DNA from: Nostoc punctiforme PCC 73102
GTDB taxonomy: Bacteria; Cyanobacteriota; Cyanobacteriia; Cyanobacteriales; Nostocaceae
Reading direction: 5' to 3'
Assembly: GCF_000020025.1 (NCBI RefSeq)
Contig: NC_010628.1
Location: 6,330,001-6,362,000, forward strand
Length of the DNA stretch: 32,000 nt
Shown: piece by piece, positions 1-9,079 of the stretch
How positions within the stretch are numbered: position 1 is the first letter of the stretch
Layout of the letters: the number at the start of each line of letters is the position of its first letter
Notes under the pieces: model-generated
What the model was told of the DNA's origin: nothing
What the model saw: only the letters and a program-made list of their open reading frames with translations
Databases searched by the model: none
Position numbers and translations under genes: made by a program

Positions 1-1441
1 AACCTGGAAACTTTGCTTGATAAATATCAGCGATCGCATTTACTCGACCCTGTGCATAAAGGGATGCAAAGTTTTCACCGAAGCAATAATCATAAATTTT
101 TTCTGCTATTACCGAGTTACACTCAGGTACAACATCCTCAGAAATAAATTCTCCTTCCCAATCTTTTTGTGGGTCAAACCGAAAGACTGCCACTCGGTCT
201 GCTTGCAGCATTTTCCGCGCCTCGGTGACAGTAGTTTGGAAGATTGTATCTAAATCTAGGGACTCTCGGATTCGAGTAATCACGCTAGTTAATGTCTTTT
301 GTTGCTCTGCTTGGTACTGAGCGTGTGCCAGCAATTTATAGTGTCGCAGTGCCACACCAATTTGTGTGCCGATTTTGGTTAGTGATTCCACTTCATAAGA
401 TTGCCACTGTCTAGGTGAGACATTTTGGTAAGCAGCAATGACTCCCCAAAGTTTGTCTCCTTGGAGAATAGGGGCAGTTGCAAAGGCTTTTGCCTGGAAT
501 TGCTCCAACAGGGTTACATGACAGTCTGTTAATCCAGCTTGGTAAATGTCATTGACTGTAAATGTCTCGTTGTCAACATAACGTCCGCCTTGTGTCTGTT
601 GTAAATAAGTATCAAAAATTGTCGGCTGAATGCCAACTAAGGGAGTCCAACCTTCAGCAAATGATTCAGCAACAAAGTTACCGCTCCAATCGGCATTAAA
701 GCTAAATATGGCAACTCGGTCAGCTTGCAACAGCTTGCGTATTTCTTGAGTTGTGGTTTTAAAGATGGTTTCAATATCAAGGGGTGAGCGAATTTTATCG
801 ACAATCTGAGCAATTACTTGGTCGCGTTGAGCCGCTTGAGCCAATTTTGCAGCTTGTAATTGCACTTCGTGAAGATGCTTTGCTTGTTGAATCGCAACCG
901 TCAGATGGTCAGCAATTTGACGAATAAATTCAATTTCCGATTCTTTCCAGTTACGAGCCTCACTGCACTGATGAATGCAAAGTAATCCCCACAGTTCCTT
1001 CTGGCGCGATAAAGGGACAACGAGATTGGCCTTAACCTGAAATTTACTCAAAATTGCGGCATGGCAATCACTTAGTCCGGCATTGTAAATATCCGCTACT
1101 GCTTGGACTCGACCTTGTTGATAACTGGAAGCAAATTGTTCTCCAAAGCAATGGTCGTAAACTTTTACTTTTAACGCCGAAGTCCAACCAGGTGCAACAT
1201 TTTCAGAAACAAATTCTCCTTCCCAGTCTTTTTCTAGGTCAAACTGGAAAACAGCTACACGGTCAGCATTTAGCAGTAGACGCACTTCTGTAGCGGTAGT
1301 TTGAAAAATCGTTTCTAAGTCAAGAGACTCCCGAATTCGCACAATTACACTCGCCAGAGCCTTTTGCTGATCTAGTTGCTCTTGAAGTTGAGCGCTTGAC
1401 AAAAGAAGTTGATTTTCTGCGAAATTTGAATTGGGTTCCAT
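1..1441 (-). CDS. Multi-GAF cyanobacteriochrome-like photosensory protein, N-terminal part (3' end outside window)
   Basis: My own translation of the minus strand from the ATG at 1441 runs with no stop to position 1 (MEPNSNFAENQLLLSSAQLQEQLDQQKALASVIVRIRESLDLETIFQTTATEVRLLLNADRVAVFQF...). It is missing from the ORF track because it is open-ended. There are three tandem GAF-like units. Unit 1 has YDHCF plus GLSDCHAAIL. Unit 2 has FDTYLQQTQGGRY plus GLTDCHVTLL. Unit 3 has YDYCF. These match the DXCF and canonical Cys-His motifs of bilin-binding cyanobacteriochrome GAF domains. Confidence 0.8.
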   Translation of the reverse strand, partial: MEPNSNFAENQLLLSSAQLQEQLDQQKALASVIVRIRESLDLETIFQTTATEVRLLLNADRVAVFQFDLEKDWEGEFVSENVAPGWTSALKVKVYDHCFGEQFASSYQQGRVQAVADIYNAGLSDCHAAILSKFQVKANLVVPLSRQKELWGLLCIHQCSEARNWKESEIEFIRQIADHLTVAIQQAKHLHEVQLQAAKLAQAAQRDQVIAQIVDKIRSPLDIETIFKTTTQEIRKLLQADRVAIFSFNADWSGNFVAESFAEGWTPLVGIQPTIFDTYLQQTQGGRYVDNETFTVNDIYQAGLTDCHVTLLEQFQAKAFATAPILQGDKLWGVIAAYQNVSPRQWQSYEVESLTKIGTQIGVALRHYKLLAHAQYQAEQQKTLTSVITRIRESLDLDTIFQTTVTEARKMLQADRVAVFRFDPQKDWEGEFISEDVVPECNSVIAEKIYDYCFGENFASLYAQGRVNAIADIYQAKFPG

Positions 1442-1829
1442 TGCTCTGGATTTTGTTTATACAAGGGTTCCTATCCTAATACCAAACTTCATGAGTCCAA
1501 AATATGACAAACTGTAAAAATTTACAGTTTTCAACTATTTCCCAGAAGCTGGCTATTGTTATAGTTCCCCTTTCTCGATCTATCCTCGTAATGGGTTAAA
1601 AATAATTTTGGCTTGTATACAACAAAAGACATGAATAATTCAAGGTTTGTAGTCAGAGGTAGCCCTTACTAAGAGCTAATTCGATTAATTCCACATTGCG
1701 ATCGCAGGCATCGCACTTAAAATGACTATAAACTAATGACTGATTTGCCAAAATTTACCTGACAGACTGCGGAATTTCAGGTTAAATGTTTTAAAGTATG
1801 CACTCTGTAAGAGTTGTCGGGTATTATTC

Positions 1830-3434
1830 GTGACACAACAAGACCAAAAACCCTCTCGTTCTTTCGCTGGAATTGCTGGCATTGTTGCCGCAGCCACATT
1901 AATTAGTAAAGTCTTCGGTTTAGTGCGGCAGCAAGCGATCGCTGCGGCTTTTGGTGTTGGTGCTGCTGCTACCGCCTATAGCTACGCCTATATAATCCCT
2001 GGCTTTCTATTGATCTTACTTGGTGGTGTAAATGGGCCATTACACAGTGCAGTTGTCAGCGTTTTAACCAAGCGGCGGCGAGAAGAAGCGGCTCCTTTAG
2101 TGGAAACCGTGACAACGCTGGTGGCTGGATCGCTGTTGGTGGTGACAGTGGCTCAAGTTTTATTTGCGGATGCGATCGTTGATATAGTCGGTCATGGTTT
2201 GGAAGAGACAACCAGAGCGATCGCCATTCAACAACTCCGCATTATGGCACCAATGGCTTTATTTGCCGGTTTAATTGGCATCGGCTTCGGTACTCTCAAC
2301 GCAGCCAACCAATATTGGTTACTTTCCATTAGTCCTTTATTATCCAGTATTACCGTTGTTGCCGGCCTTGGTATCCTGGCGATGCAACTGGGCAAGGATA
2401 TTATTAAGCCGGAGTACGCTTTAATCGGTGGAATGGTCTTAGCTTGGGGAACTTTAGCAGGAGCGGTTCTCCAGTGGTTAGTGCAGCTAATTGTCCAGTG
2501 GCGGTTAGGACTTGGCACATTACGCCTACGGTTTGATTTTAAATCTCCAGGCGTTCAAGAAGTTATCAAAATCATGACTCCGGCGACAGTTTCCTCTGGA
2601 ATGATGCCAATTAATGTTGCCACTGACCTTTATTTTGCTAGTCCTATCCCTGGTGCGGCGGCAGGATTTAACTATGCGAATTTATTAGTTCAAACTCCAT
2701 TAGGGATTATTTCAAATATCATTTTACTGCCCCTGTTACCGATATTTGCCAAACTTGCCGGCCCCGAAAATTGGCCAGATTTAAAATTACGCATTCGCCA
2801 AGGACTGCTACTCACTGCCTTCACCATGCTACCGCTAGGGGCGCTGATGGTGGCATTATCTGTACCCATTGTGCAGGTGGTATATGAACGCGGTGCTTTC
2901 AAACCAGAAGCCACAGAGCTAGTTTCATCCTTGCTAGTCGCTTATGGAATTGGGATGTTTGTCTATTTGGGACGTGATGTTTTGGTGCGGGTGTTCTACG
3001 CTTTAGGCGATGGACAGACACCTTTTCGCATCAGTATTTTTAACATCTTGCTCAACATCATATTAGATTGGTTTTTCGTTAAACCTTTTGGCGCTCCCGG
3101 TTTGGTGTTAGCAACAGTGGGTGTAAATTGTAGCTCAATGTTAATGCTGTTGTGGTTGCTCGATCGCAAACTCAATGGTTTACCTTGGCGTGAGTGGGGT
3201 TTGCCGATTTTGGGTTTGGCTGCTGGGAGCGTGGTAGCTGGGGTAGCAAGCTATGGGACATTGGTTGGTTCTCAACAATTGCTAGGTAAAACAGGTTTAC
3301 TGATTGTGGTGTTGCAATTGTGTCTATCTGGCTTTGTGGGGATTGCGGTGTTTGCTGCGATCGCTTCCTGGATGAGAATACCAGAGGTGAATAGTTTTAT
3401 ATCTCGTCTACGTCAACGCTTTTTGAAGAAATAA
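1830..3434 (+). CDS. murJ: Lipid II flippase MurJ (MviN family)
   Basis: 534-aa polytopic membrane ORF with a GTG start. The N-terminal SFAGIAGIVAAATLISKVFGLVRQQAIAAAFGVG and the later RVFYALGDGQTPFRISI are typical of MurJ/MviN. Confidence 0.9.
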   Translation: MTQQDQKPSRSFAGIAGIVAAATLISKVFGLVRQQAIAAAFGVGAAATAYSYAYIIPGFLLILLGGVNGPLHSAVVSVLTKRRREEAAPLVETVTTLVAGSLLVVTVAQVLFADAIVDIVGHGLEETTRAIAIQQLRIMAPMALFAGLIGIGFGTLNAANQYWLLSISPLLSSITVVAGLGILAMQLGKDIIKPEYALIGGMVLAWGTLAGAVLQWLVQLIVQWRLGLGTLRLRFDFKSPGVQEVIKIMTPATVSSGMMPINVATDLYFASPIPGAAAGFNYANLLVQTPLGIISNIILLPLLPIFAKLAGPENWPDLKLRIRQGLLLTAFTMLPLGALMVALSVPIVQVVYERGAFKPEATELVSSLLVAYGIGMFVYLGRDVLVRVFYALGDGQTPFRISIFNILLNIILDWFFVKPFGAPGLVLATVGVNCSSMLMLLWLLDRKLNGLPWREWGLPILGLAAGSVVAGVASYGTLVGSQQLLGKTGLLIVVLQLCLSGFVGIAVFAAIASWMRIPEVNSFISRLRQRFLKK

Positions 3435-3460
3435 CTGTTATTTAAATATTTCAGTTAGTA

Positions 3461-3498
3461 CACCCAAGTGGGTGAGAAAGAATTCAGCCACTTGGGTG
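3461..3498. repeat. Inverted repeat/hairpin downstream of murJ (CACCCAAGTGG ... CCACTTGGGTG)
   Basis: 11-bp perfect arms at 3461-3471 and 3488-3498. There is no clear T-run. The core CACCCAnnnGGGTGAG recurs at 10288-10304. Confidence 0.45.
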
Positions 3499-3587
3499 AA
3501 CCAGGTGTGCGAGGTTACATTTTGTAAAAAAAGAGATTCTAGTACTAGAGAACATTGATTTTACCTAACTCTAGTGAGAAGAATTCT

Positions 3588-4100
3588 ATGAAACTTACAA
3601 AATTAGCTGCCTCTGCACTTGCTGTTGCTTCCATTGTCCTCTCGGCAGGAATTGCTTCTGCTCAAACAGCCCGTACAAACGGTAATTATATTGGTGCTGG
3701 TGTTGCTGTTGGTGCAACCAGTGGCGGACAAGGAAACGACGAAGCACAAATTGGCGGTAATATTCAAGGACGTTATGCCGTTCCCAATGCACCTGTTTCA
3801 CTGCGGGGTTCTGTGCTGTATGGTGGTGATGCTGCTGCAATTATGCCCATCGTGACTTACGATGCGCCGATCGCCAGAAACACTAACGTTTACTTCGGTG
3901 GTGGTTATTCTTTTGTAACTGACGAAGGTCAAAAAACCCCATTGGGCAATCAGAATGCACCTGTAGTCACCCTTGGTATTGAATCAGAAGTTAGCAATAA
4001 TGTCATTGCTTATGGCGATACTAAATGGGGTATTGATGCCTACAGAAATAGTGATGCTGATGCTGTCAGCTTCCAAGCTGGATTAGGTTATCGCTTCTAG
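3588..4100 (+). CDS. Small secreted outer-membrane beta-barrel-like protein
   Basis: The ATG at 3588 gives MKLTKLAASALAVASIVLSAGIASA-QT, a Sec signal peptide with an AxA site. The protein is Gly/Ala/Ser rich with alternating-residue stretches. The C-terminal GLGYRF ends in an aromatic residue, as in outer-membrane barrel proteins. The track start at 3555 is less likely. Confidence 0.7.
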   Translation: MKLTKLAASALAVASIVLSAGIASAQTARTNGNYIGAGVAVGATSGGQGNDEAQIGGNIQGRYAVPNAPVSLRGSVLYGGDAAAIMPIVTYDAPIARNTNVYFGGGYSFVTDEGQKTPLGNQNAPVVTLGIESEVSNNVIAYGDTKWGIDAYRNSDADAVSFQAGLGYRF

Positions 4101-4174
4101 TAATTACGAGCTAGGAGACAGCTTATTCGCAAGCTAAAGGAATGATGTTTACCAGCCGTAATAGTAGTTTGATC

Positions 4175-4215
4175 TGTCATATCTGAGTATGGATACTCAG
4201 ATATGACAAATTTTT
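4175..4215 (+). terminator. Putative rho-independent terminator after the small OMP gene
   Basis: 15-bp perfect stem TGTCATATCTGAGTA / TACTCAGATATGACA with loop TGGA, followed by AATTTTTTAAT. Confidence 0.45.
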
Positions 4216-4321
4216 TAATCATTTTTATTTATGATTTTGATAACCAATTATATTGGCTATTACCAATAGTTTCTCTTAAAGTAAAATGGCCGATTTTAAA
4301 TATACATAAAATATATTACTC

Positions 4322-4600
4322 ATGGAAAACATTAATCTCATTCCAGAAATAGTGGGTGAAACAACTGATGTAGAATCTTGGCTAATTCGGGCTGGGCTAA
4401 GATTTTCAGACTTAGGTAACGATACCGCCAGTATTGCAATCCGTAAGCAATGGCGAGAATATCAAGCCGCAGTTCAAAGATGCTGTGCAGTCCTACACCA
4501 ACCACCTTCACGTGTTCAATTAAGCGGCCACTATACCAACCTGAGAATACCTGGGGGTGCATCAACCAATTGTGCGATTCCTCATACCGATTCTATGTGA
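4322..4600 (+). CDS. Hypothetical protein (weak call)
   Basis: 92-aa ORF in a 600-bp gap. I recognise no family. It competes with overlapping ORFs in other frames (4338-4565 minus, 4450-4653 plus). Confidence 0.25.
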   Translation: MENINLIPEIVGETTDVESWLIRAGLRFSDLGNDTASIAIRKQWREYQAAVQRCCAVLHQPPSRVQLSGHYTNLRIPGGASTNCAIPHTDSM

Positions 4601-4670
4601 GGCTGCACTTTCAACCCGATGCGGATTTATCCTTCCCAAAGCAACAATTTTAACAACTTGATGATGGTTA

Positions 4671-4698
4671 TTCAGAATTCAGACTTCTGAATTCTGAA
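4671..4698. repeat. Perfect hairpin between convergent genes (TTCAGAATTCAG ACTT CTGAATTCTGAA)
   Basis: 12-bp perfect arms lying 10 nt past the stop of the minus-strand 971-aa gene. There is no strong T-run on either strand. Confidence 0.35.
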
Positions 4699-4707
4699 TC
4701 CTTCTTA

Positions 4708-7623
4708 TTAATAACTTTGTTGTACACCGTTTACTACTGGTTTAACTTCAGAAAATGGATCGGTGCCGCCACCCCAGTTAAAATCACTAATTCGGATGCT
4801 AAAGCCGCCTAATTCCAACACTGGATTGTAACGCAAGGTGATGCCATAGGTGCGACGGCTATATTCTAAAATGTAGTCAGTACTGGTTTCTCTACCAGTA
4901 TCCAAGTTAACAGATGTTTGAAAGCCTAAGCGAAAAGGGCCGTAGATTTGCTGTGATATCCCAGCAGTCAAAACTTTGTTATCAACGGAGCGATCGAACA
5001 AAAAGGGTGATAATCCGTTATTTAAGCCTTGAGAGAAACTAATATTAAACGCGGTATAGTCGAAAAAAGGGCGAGAAAAATGACCAACTTGTCCTTGTAA
5101 ACCAATTCTCGCAGTTAGGGTGCTTTGGTTATCACCATTGGTGTAATAACTCGTAGTGCCGGTAAGCCCACCGATCGCTTGCAAGTAAGGAACTACAGGG
5201 TTAGCCGTGTATCGTAATCCCTCAGTGGCAGTGGGTGGTAATGGTTTTCCCTGCCACAATAACACCCCAGTACTGAGGTCAGCACTAGCTTGGAAACGAC
5301 CTAGTGAAATGCGATCGTTTTCCCGTATGGGTTCTAGTAAGTCTTGGCGATCGGTATTGGCATCGATATACTGAGCGCTTCCCTGATAGGTGAGGTTGAT
5401 GCCACTTTTTCCTAAAGGAATCACAGGAGAGGTAATAATGCCCCCAAAACTGCTCTGGACAGTTTGAAAGCCGAGAGTACCGTTGTAGAGGCGATCGCGG
5501 TAATTATATTGCACATTCAAGAGATGGGGAAGGGAAGTGCCTATTGTCTGACGCAATCCCAAATTCACCCGCAAATTATCTTCCACCTTGTCAAAGTCAA
5601 AACTGGTTAACTCCCCAGTTCCCTCAATTACTGCTCGTGGACTCAAAACAGAATTTACCTTTGTCTTGACAGCAAACAGTGAGCCTAAGTTACCTATACC
5701 TTCTTGCACACCTCTCTGTACTAGTAACTGAGGCGTAATTGTCCAGCTTGTCTTCTCTGTATCGATCACTGGAAAGCCACGCTCAATATACAAACCACCC
5801 CGCTTATCTCCATCATAGCCGGGAGAAACTATTGCAGGTGTAACGTCCCGCTCTCGGCGGTCAATCTTCTGCTGATTCACCGGAATTGGTAAGGAGATTC
5901 TTTGATCCAATACCAAACGCTGTCGCTGTGTTCTAATGCGGTCTACCAAGGGTGTTTCTCGTGTCAGAGTTACTGTATCTGCGCGTAACTCTAGTTCTGG
6001 AGGCGAAAAAGGATCGTTGGTGATGCGGACATCCCTTGCTTGCCAGCCTTGCGGATAGAAGTCAATGTGTTCAGCTTCAAATCTGAGCCGATTGACTACA
6101 CCTCCTGTTTTCGGGGGTGAGAGGTTGCTAGCATCAGCCTGACCCCCGACTGTAAAATCAATTCCTCCAGGGCTGCTTACACCAGAAACGGGCTGATTGG
6201 CTCTAATGCGATCGCTAGGCGGACGTTTTGTTACTCCACCAGCAGTTGCATCTATGGGTGAGAAAGCAAAATCTGTTTGTGCTGAGGGCACATAAATTTC
6301 TCCTCTACCATTTAAGAGTTCTCCATTATCTTGAACAAAGTTATAGGTAAAGCGTTGTCCACGAAGTATTTGATCGCCCCTGGTTAAAGTTACGTTGCCT
6401 TCCCCCGCAGCAATTAAGTTGTCTAAATTAACTTGTAAGCGATCGGCATCCACCACCGCCCCATCAAATCGCACAACTACATTTCCAACAGCTGTAATAA
6501 TTCGCCGTTGCTCATCGTACTCTTGCCGATCTGAAGTGACTTCTACAATTCTCGGTTGGGCTGGCGGTTTGCTAGCTGGTGCTTGTGGCTGATTGGTGGT
6601 ATTTACTGGTGGTGTAGATGTTGGCGCTTGAGTTTGTTGTTGGACTTGGGAACTGAATTCTACAGTGATGGGCGTTGGGAGTTGCTTTGTCGGGTTACGA
6701 GACTGGAATTTTATAAAATTTTGTACTGATTGAGAACTTGGTGCAAGATCGGCAGCAGATAGAGAGATATTGTCTCTTTGTGAAGACTGTGGCGCAGTAA
6801 TGTCACTTAGCTGTTTTTGCTGGCCTAACTTCTTAGCTAAAATTTCCGCCTTGGATTCGACTAACTTATTGCTGGTTGTAACCCTTGGGACAACTGGAAT
6901 AGAAGGTGGAGATTGGGCGACAAGGAGACTTGGAGAGACCCTATAGTTAAAGTCCAAAAAGGTTTGTTTTTCCCTAGCAATAGAATTGGGATTTAGCGTA
7001 GACGCAAAGTGGCTTGTCGTTAGACCTCGCTCACCGAGTTTTTGAGAAGATTCAGGTTTTGTATTTAAGGAAGGCTTCGCTCCAACTTTTTTTGGCAATG
7101 CAGTGGCTTCTGTTTGCGTCTCCCGTTTGCGTAACGCCGCTCTTAGGAGAAGCTCTGAGCGGCGGCGTTCGACGCTCGGATGACCATTAGAGCTTTTAAT
7201 ATCCTGCGTTGGATAACCAACCATCAGCGATTTCCCAAAAAGTGCAGCACTTCCAGAGTCGGTAATGGGGGAAATCTCTGGTGGGAAAGTTTCTGGTGGA
7301 TGGGGTACAGAGGAAGTTTCGTCAACTACTGAGCCATCCTGAGTTGAGTTGATGGGAGTTGGCAATGGCGAATTACTTTTGGTGTCACCCGCAATCGACA
7401 ACTCAGGCAAATCCTTGGACTGCTTGGATTTGTCTGTCTTTTCCTGCATTCCAGTTTCTACAACTGAAAGAAACTTTGTATGACTAGCAGATGAGGTGGG
7501 ATTTACAGGTTGTAAAGATTCGAGGATAGGAGGCGGATTGGGTGGCAGAACTGGATGAAGCATATTTGAGCAAAATCGGGCTAACAAACAGCCAAATGAC
7601 GGACGGAAGGATAAACTATACAT
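4708..7623 (-). CDS. LptD/OstA-like outer-membrane protein (OstA-like N-domain plus DUF3769-type beta-barrel region) with a long low-complexity N-terminus
   Basis: 971-aa ORF. The central RIVEVTSDRQEYDEQRRIITAVGNVVVRFDGAVVDADRLQVNLDNLIAAGEGNVTLTRGDQILRGQRFTYNF resembles the OstA/LptA beta-jellyroll. The C-terminal ~550 aa is rich in alternating beta-strand patterns. The first ~350 aa are P/S/T/Q-rich. The true start codon is uncertain. Confidence 0.8.
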   Translation of the reverse strand: MYSLSFRPSFGCLLARFCSNMLHPVLPPNPPPILESLQPVNPTSSASHTKFLSVVETGMQEKTDKSKQSKDLPELSIAGDTKSNSPLPTPINSTQDGSVVDETSSVPHPPETFPPEISPITDSGSAALFGKSLMVGYPTQDIKSSNGHPSVERRRSELLLRAALRKRETQTEATALPKKVGAKPSLNTKPESSQKLGERGLTTSHFASTLNPNSIAREKQTFLDFNYRVSPSLLVAQSPPSIPVVPRVTTSNKLVESKAEILAKKLGQQKQLSDITAPQSSQRDNISLSAADLAPSSQSVQNFIKFQSRNPTKQLPTPITVEFSSQVQQQTQAPTSTPPVNTTNQPQAPASKPPAQPRIVEVTSDRQEYDEQRRIITAVGNVVVRFDGAVVDADRLQVNLDNLIAAGEGNVTLTRGDQILRGQRFTYNFVQDNGELLNGRGEIYVPSAQTDFAFSPIDATAGGVTKRPPSDRIRANQPVSGVSSPGGIDFTVGGQADASNLSPPKTGGVVNRLRFEAEHIDFYPQGWQARDVRITNDPFSPPELELRADTVTLTRETPLVDRIRTQRQRLVLDQRISLPIPVNQQKIDRRERDVTPAIVSPGYDGDKRGGLYIERGFPVIDTEKTSWTITPQLLVQRGVQEGIGNLGSLFAVKTKVNSVLSPRAVIEGTGELTSFDFDKVEDNLRVNLGLRQTIGTSLPHLLNVQYNYRDRLYNGTLGFQTVQSSFGGIITSPVIPLGKSGINLTYQGSAQYIDANTDRQDLLEPIRENDRISLGRFQASADLSTGVLLWQGKPLPPTATEGLRYTANPVVPYLQAIGGLTGTTSYYTNGDNQSTLTARIGLQGQVGHFSRPFFDYTAFNISFSQGLNNGLSPFLFDRSVDNKVLTAGISQQIYGPFRLGFQTSVNLDTGRETSTDYILEYSRRTYGITLRYNPVLELGGFSIRISDFNWGGGTDPFSEVKPVVNGVQQSY

Positions 7624-7675
7624 TCTGCCTTCCGACTGTCGCCTTCTGCTACCTACAGCAAGCTACCTGGAGGAA

Positions 7676-7706
7676 GAAACTTACTAAATTTCGCTTAGTA
7701 AGTTTC
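7676..7706 (-). terminator. Hairpin downstream of psbI (possible terminator/attenuator)
   Basis: GAAACTTACTA AATTTCGCT TAGTAAGTTTC has 11-bp perfect arms. On the minus strand it is followed only by TTCCTCC, a weak U-tract. Confidence 0.35.
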
Positions 7707-7759
7707 TGTGGCGTTTAGTATTTTCCGCCTTCCAAAGTCGCGGATGATTTATCGCCCTT

Positions 7760-7876
7760 TTACTCTAAGTCCCGACGGCCGGGGTTACGAGCAGGATCGT
7801 TCGACAAAAATCCGAAGATGAAGATAGTTACGAAGAAGGCAACAACAATATAAACAGCGATTTTTAAAGTCAGCAT
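7760..7876 (-). CDS. psbI: Photosystem II reaction centre protein I (PsbI)
   Basis: My translation of the minus strand gives [38 protein letters not shown] (38 aa, stop TAA at 7762-7760). This matches the conserved PsbI sequence as I recall it. A GGAG lies 11 nt upstream of the ATG. The ORF is below the ORF-track length cutoff. Confidence 0.93.
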
Positions 7877-8179
7877 AGAAATATCTCCAACGGGTAAAAC
7901 AAAGAAAGCTTTTCTTTGAGGATCTGCCATGCAGAAAAGATAGCTACTTTATATTACCCAAATCTCGTCCCTTTTTTAGAGGACTGTGGGGACATGGGAC
8001 TGGGCACTTAGAGACTAGCGACTAGTAAGTACCTACTCTACAGTTATTGAGAATGGTGCAAAATGCCAGTTGTCTGACTTTTAGATGCCCTTAAAAATAA
8101 CTCAGAAACTGCTTACTCCAGTTTGTGACGTTAACTGACAACAAAAGTTTCTTCCCAAAGCCAACATATTAAAGGTTAT

Positions 8180-8362
8180 GGGAAATAGTTACCACAATAC
8201 GGTTCAGTTAAAGGGGAAAGGGAAAAGGGGAAAGGTTTTGAATACATCCTTTATCCTTTACCCACGCCCCTTATCCCCATAGGGTACCCCACCTTCGCCA
8301 TTCCCCAGACCACAAGGAAAGTAAATAAATGCTTATCCGAACCGTATTGATAGTTACCATGC
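8180..8362. repeat. Nested imperfect inverted repeats, MITE-like element
   Basis: Outer arms are CAATACGGTTC (about 8196-8206) and GAACCGTATTG (about 8339-8349), each next to a direct copy of ATAGTTACC. The inner imperfect palindrome is AAGGGGAAAGGGAAAAGGGGAAAGG ... CCTTTATCCTTTACCCACGCCCCTT. There is no coding capacity. Confidence 0.4.
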
Positions 8363-8377
8363 CCCCTGTCCCATGCC

Positions 8378-9079
8378 CTATTTCTCAGTTTGAACTTTTG
8401 CTAGGTCTTTACTAATTCGGTTTTTGACTACTCGTGCAGGTATACCTACAGCAACGGAGAAAGGAGGAATATCTTTATTGACAACTGCTCCTGCACCAAT
8501 AACACTACCTTTGCCGATGGTAACGCCATCTAATACCGTTACTCCATGACCTAGCCAACAGTCATCTTCAATCACAATTCCCTTGCGAGTAACACCTTGG
8601 TATTTAATTAGCTCCATCGGATCGGCAAAATTATGATTATTGGCATATATCCCGGAGTGGGCAGCAATCATGCAGTGTTTGCCAATTTTAATGTCTCCTG
8701 GCCCCTCAATACACACGTTGGGAGCAATGAAGGTGTCTTCATCAATATGTATACACGTATCTTTCAAACACCCTATATCAACGTTACGCTCAATAGCTAC
8801 TCTATTGCCTAGATGAATTTTATTATTTTTGTGTCCTCTAGCATCCATCCGTACACCCTTGAAAATATAGACTCCACTGCCTATCTCAATACAAGAAGTA
8901 CCGTTAAATTCAACACCATTTTGAATATAAATTGGGCTGCCTATTTGGGCAAAAATACTCCCATATCCTAAACTACGCAACTTTGGCCCCAGAAGAAGTG
9001 CAGGAAGATCCCCTAACACAGTAGTTACTACAAGTTCTTGCACACGCTGCAATTTTGAAAAATATTGCTCGTTAGGCAT
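8378..9079 (-). CDS. Hexapeptide-repeat (left-handed beta-helix) acyl/acetyltransferase
   Basis: Repeated [LIV]-G-x-x-x-x hexapeptide pattern (IGSGVYIFKG, LGNRVAIERNVDIG, IGKHCMIAAHSGI, IEDDCWLGHGVTVLDGVTIGKGSVIGAGAVV, VGIPARVVK). The ATG at 9079 (MPNEQYF) is preferred over the TTG at 9097 used in the track. Confidence 0.85.
   Translation of the reverse strand: MPNEQYFSKLQRVQELVVTTVLGDLPALLLGPKLRSLGYGSIFAQIGSPIYIQNGVEFNGTSCIEIGSGVYIFKGVRMDARGHKNNKIHLGNRVAIERNVDIGCLKDTCIHIDEDTFIAPNVCIEGPGDIKIGKHCMIAAHSGIYANNHNFADPMELIKYQGVTRKGIVIEDDCWLGHGVTVLDGVTIGKGSVIGAGAVVNKDIPPFSVAVGIPARVVKNRISKDLAKVQTEK

Noticed and set aside
17-1293. Plus-strand ORFs 17-253 and 1054-1293
   Set aside because: Both lie antisense within the long open minus-strand GAF-domain reading frame, which has clear domain motifs. 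They are shadow ORFs.
2228-2914. Minus-strand ORFs 2228-2518 and 2690-2914
   Set aside because: They are antisense to murJ and have no motifs.
3595-3855. ORFs 3595-3840 (minus) and 3619-3855 (plus)
   Set aside because: They overlap the small OMP gene in other frames. Their H/Q/L-rich composition is an artefact of the GGT/GCT-rich coding strand.
6395-6592. Plus-strand 65-aa ORF inside the LptD-like gene
   Set aside because: It is antisense to a well-supported long CDS.
8205-8235. Possible G-quadruplex in GGGGAAAGGGAAAAGGGGAAAGG
   Set aside because: The fourth G-run has only two Gs, and the stretch is better explained as one arm of the imperfect palindrome.
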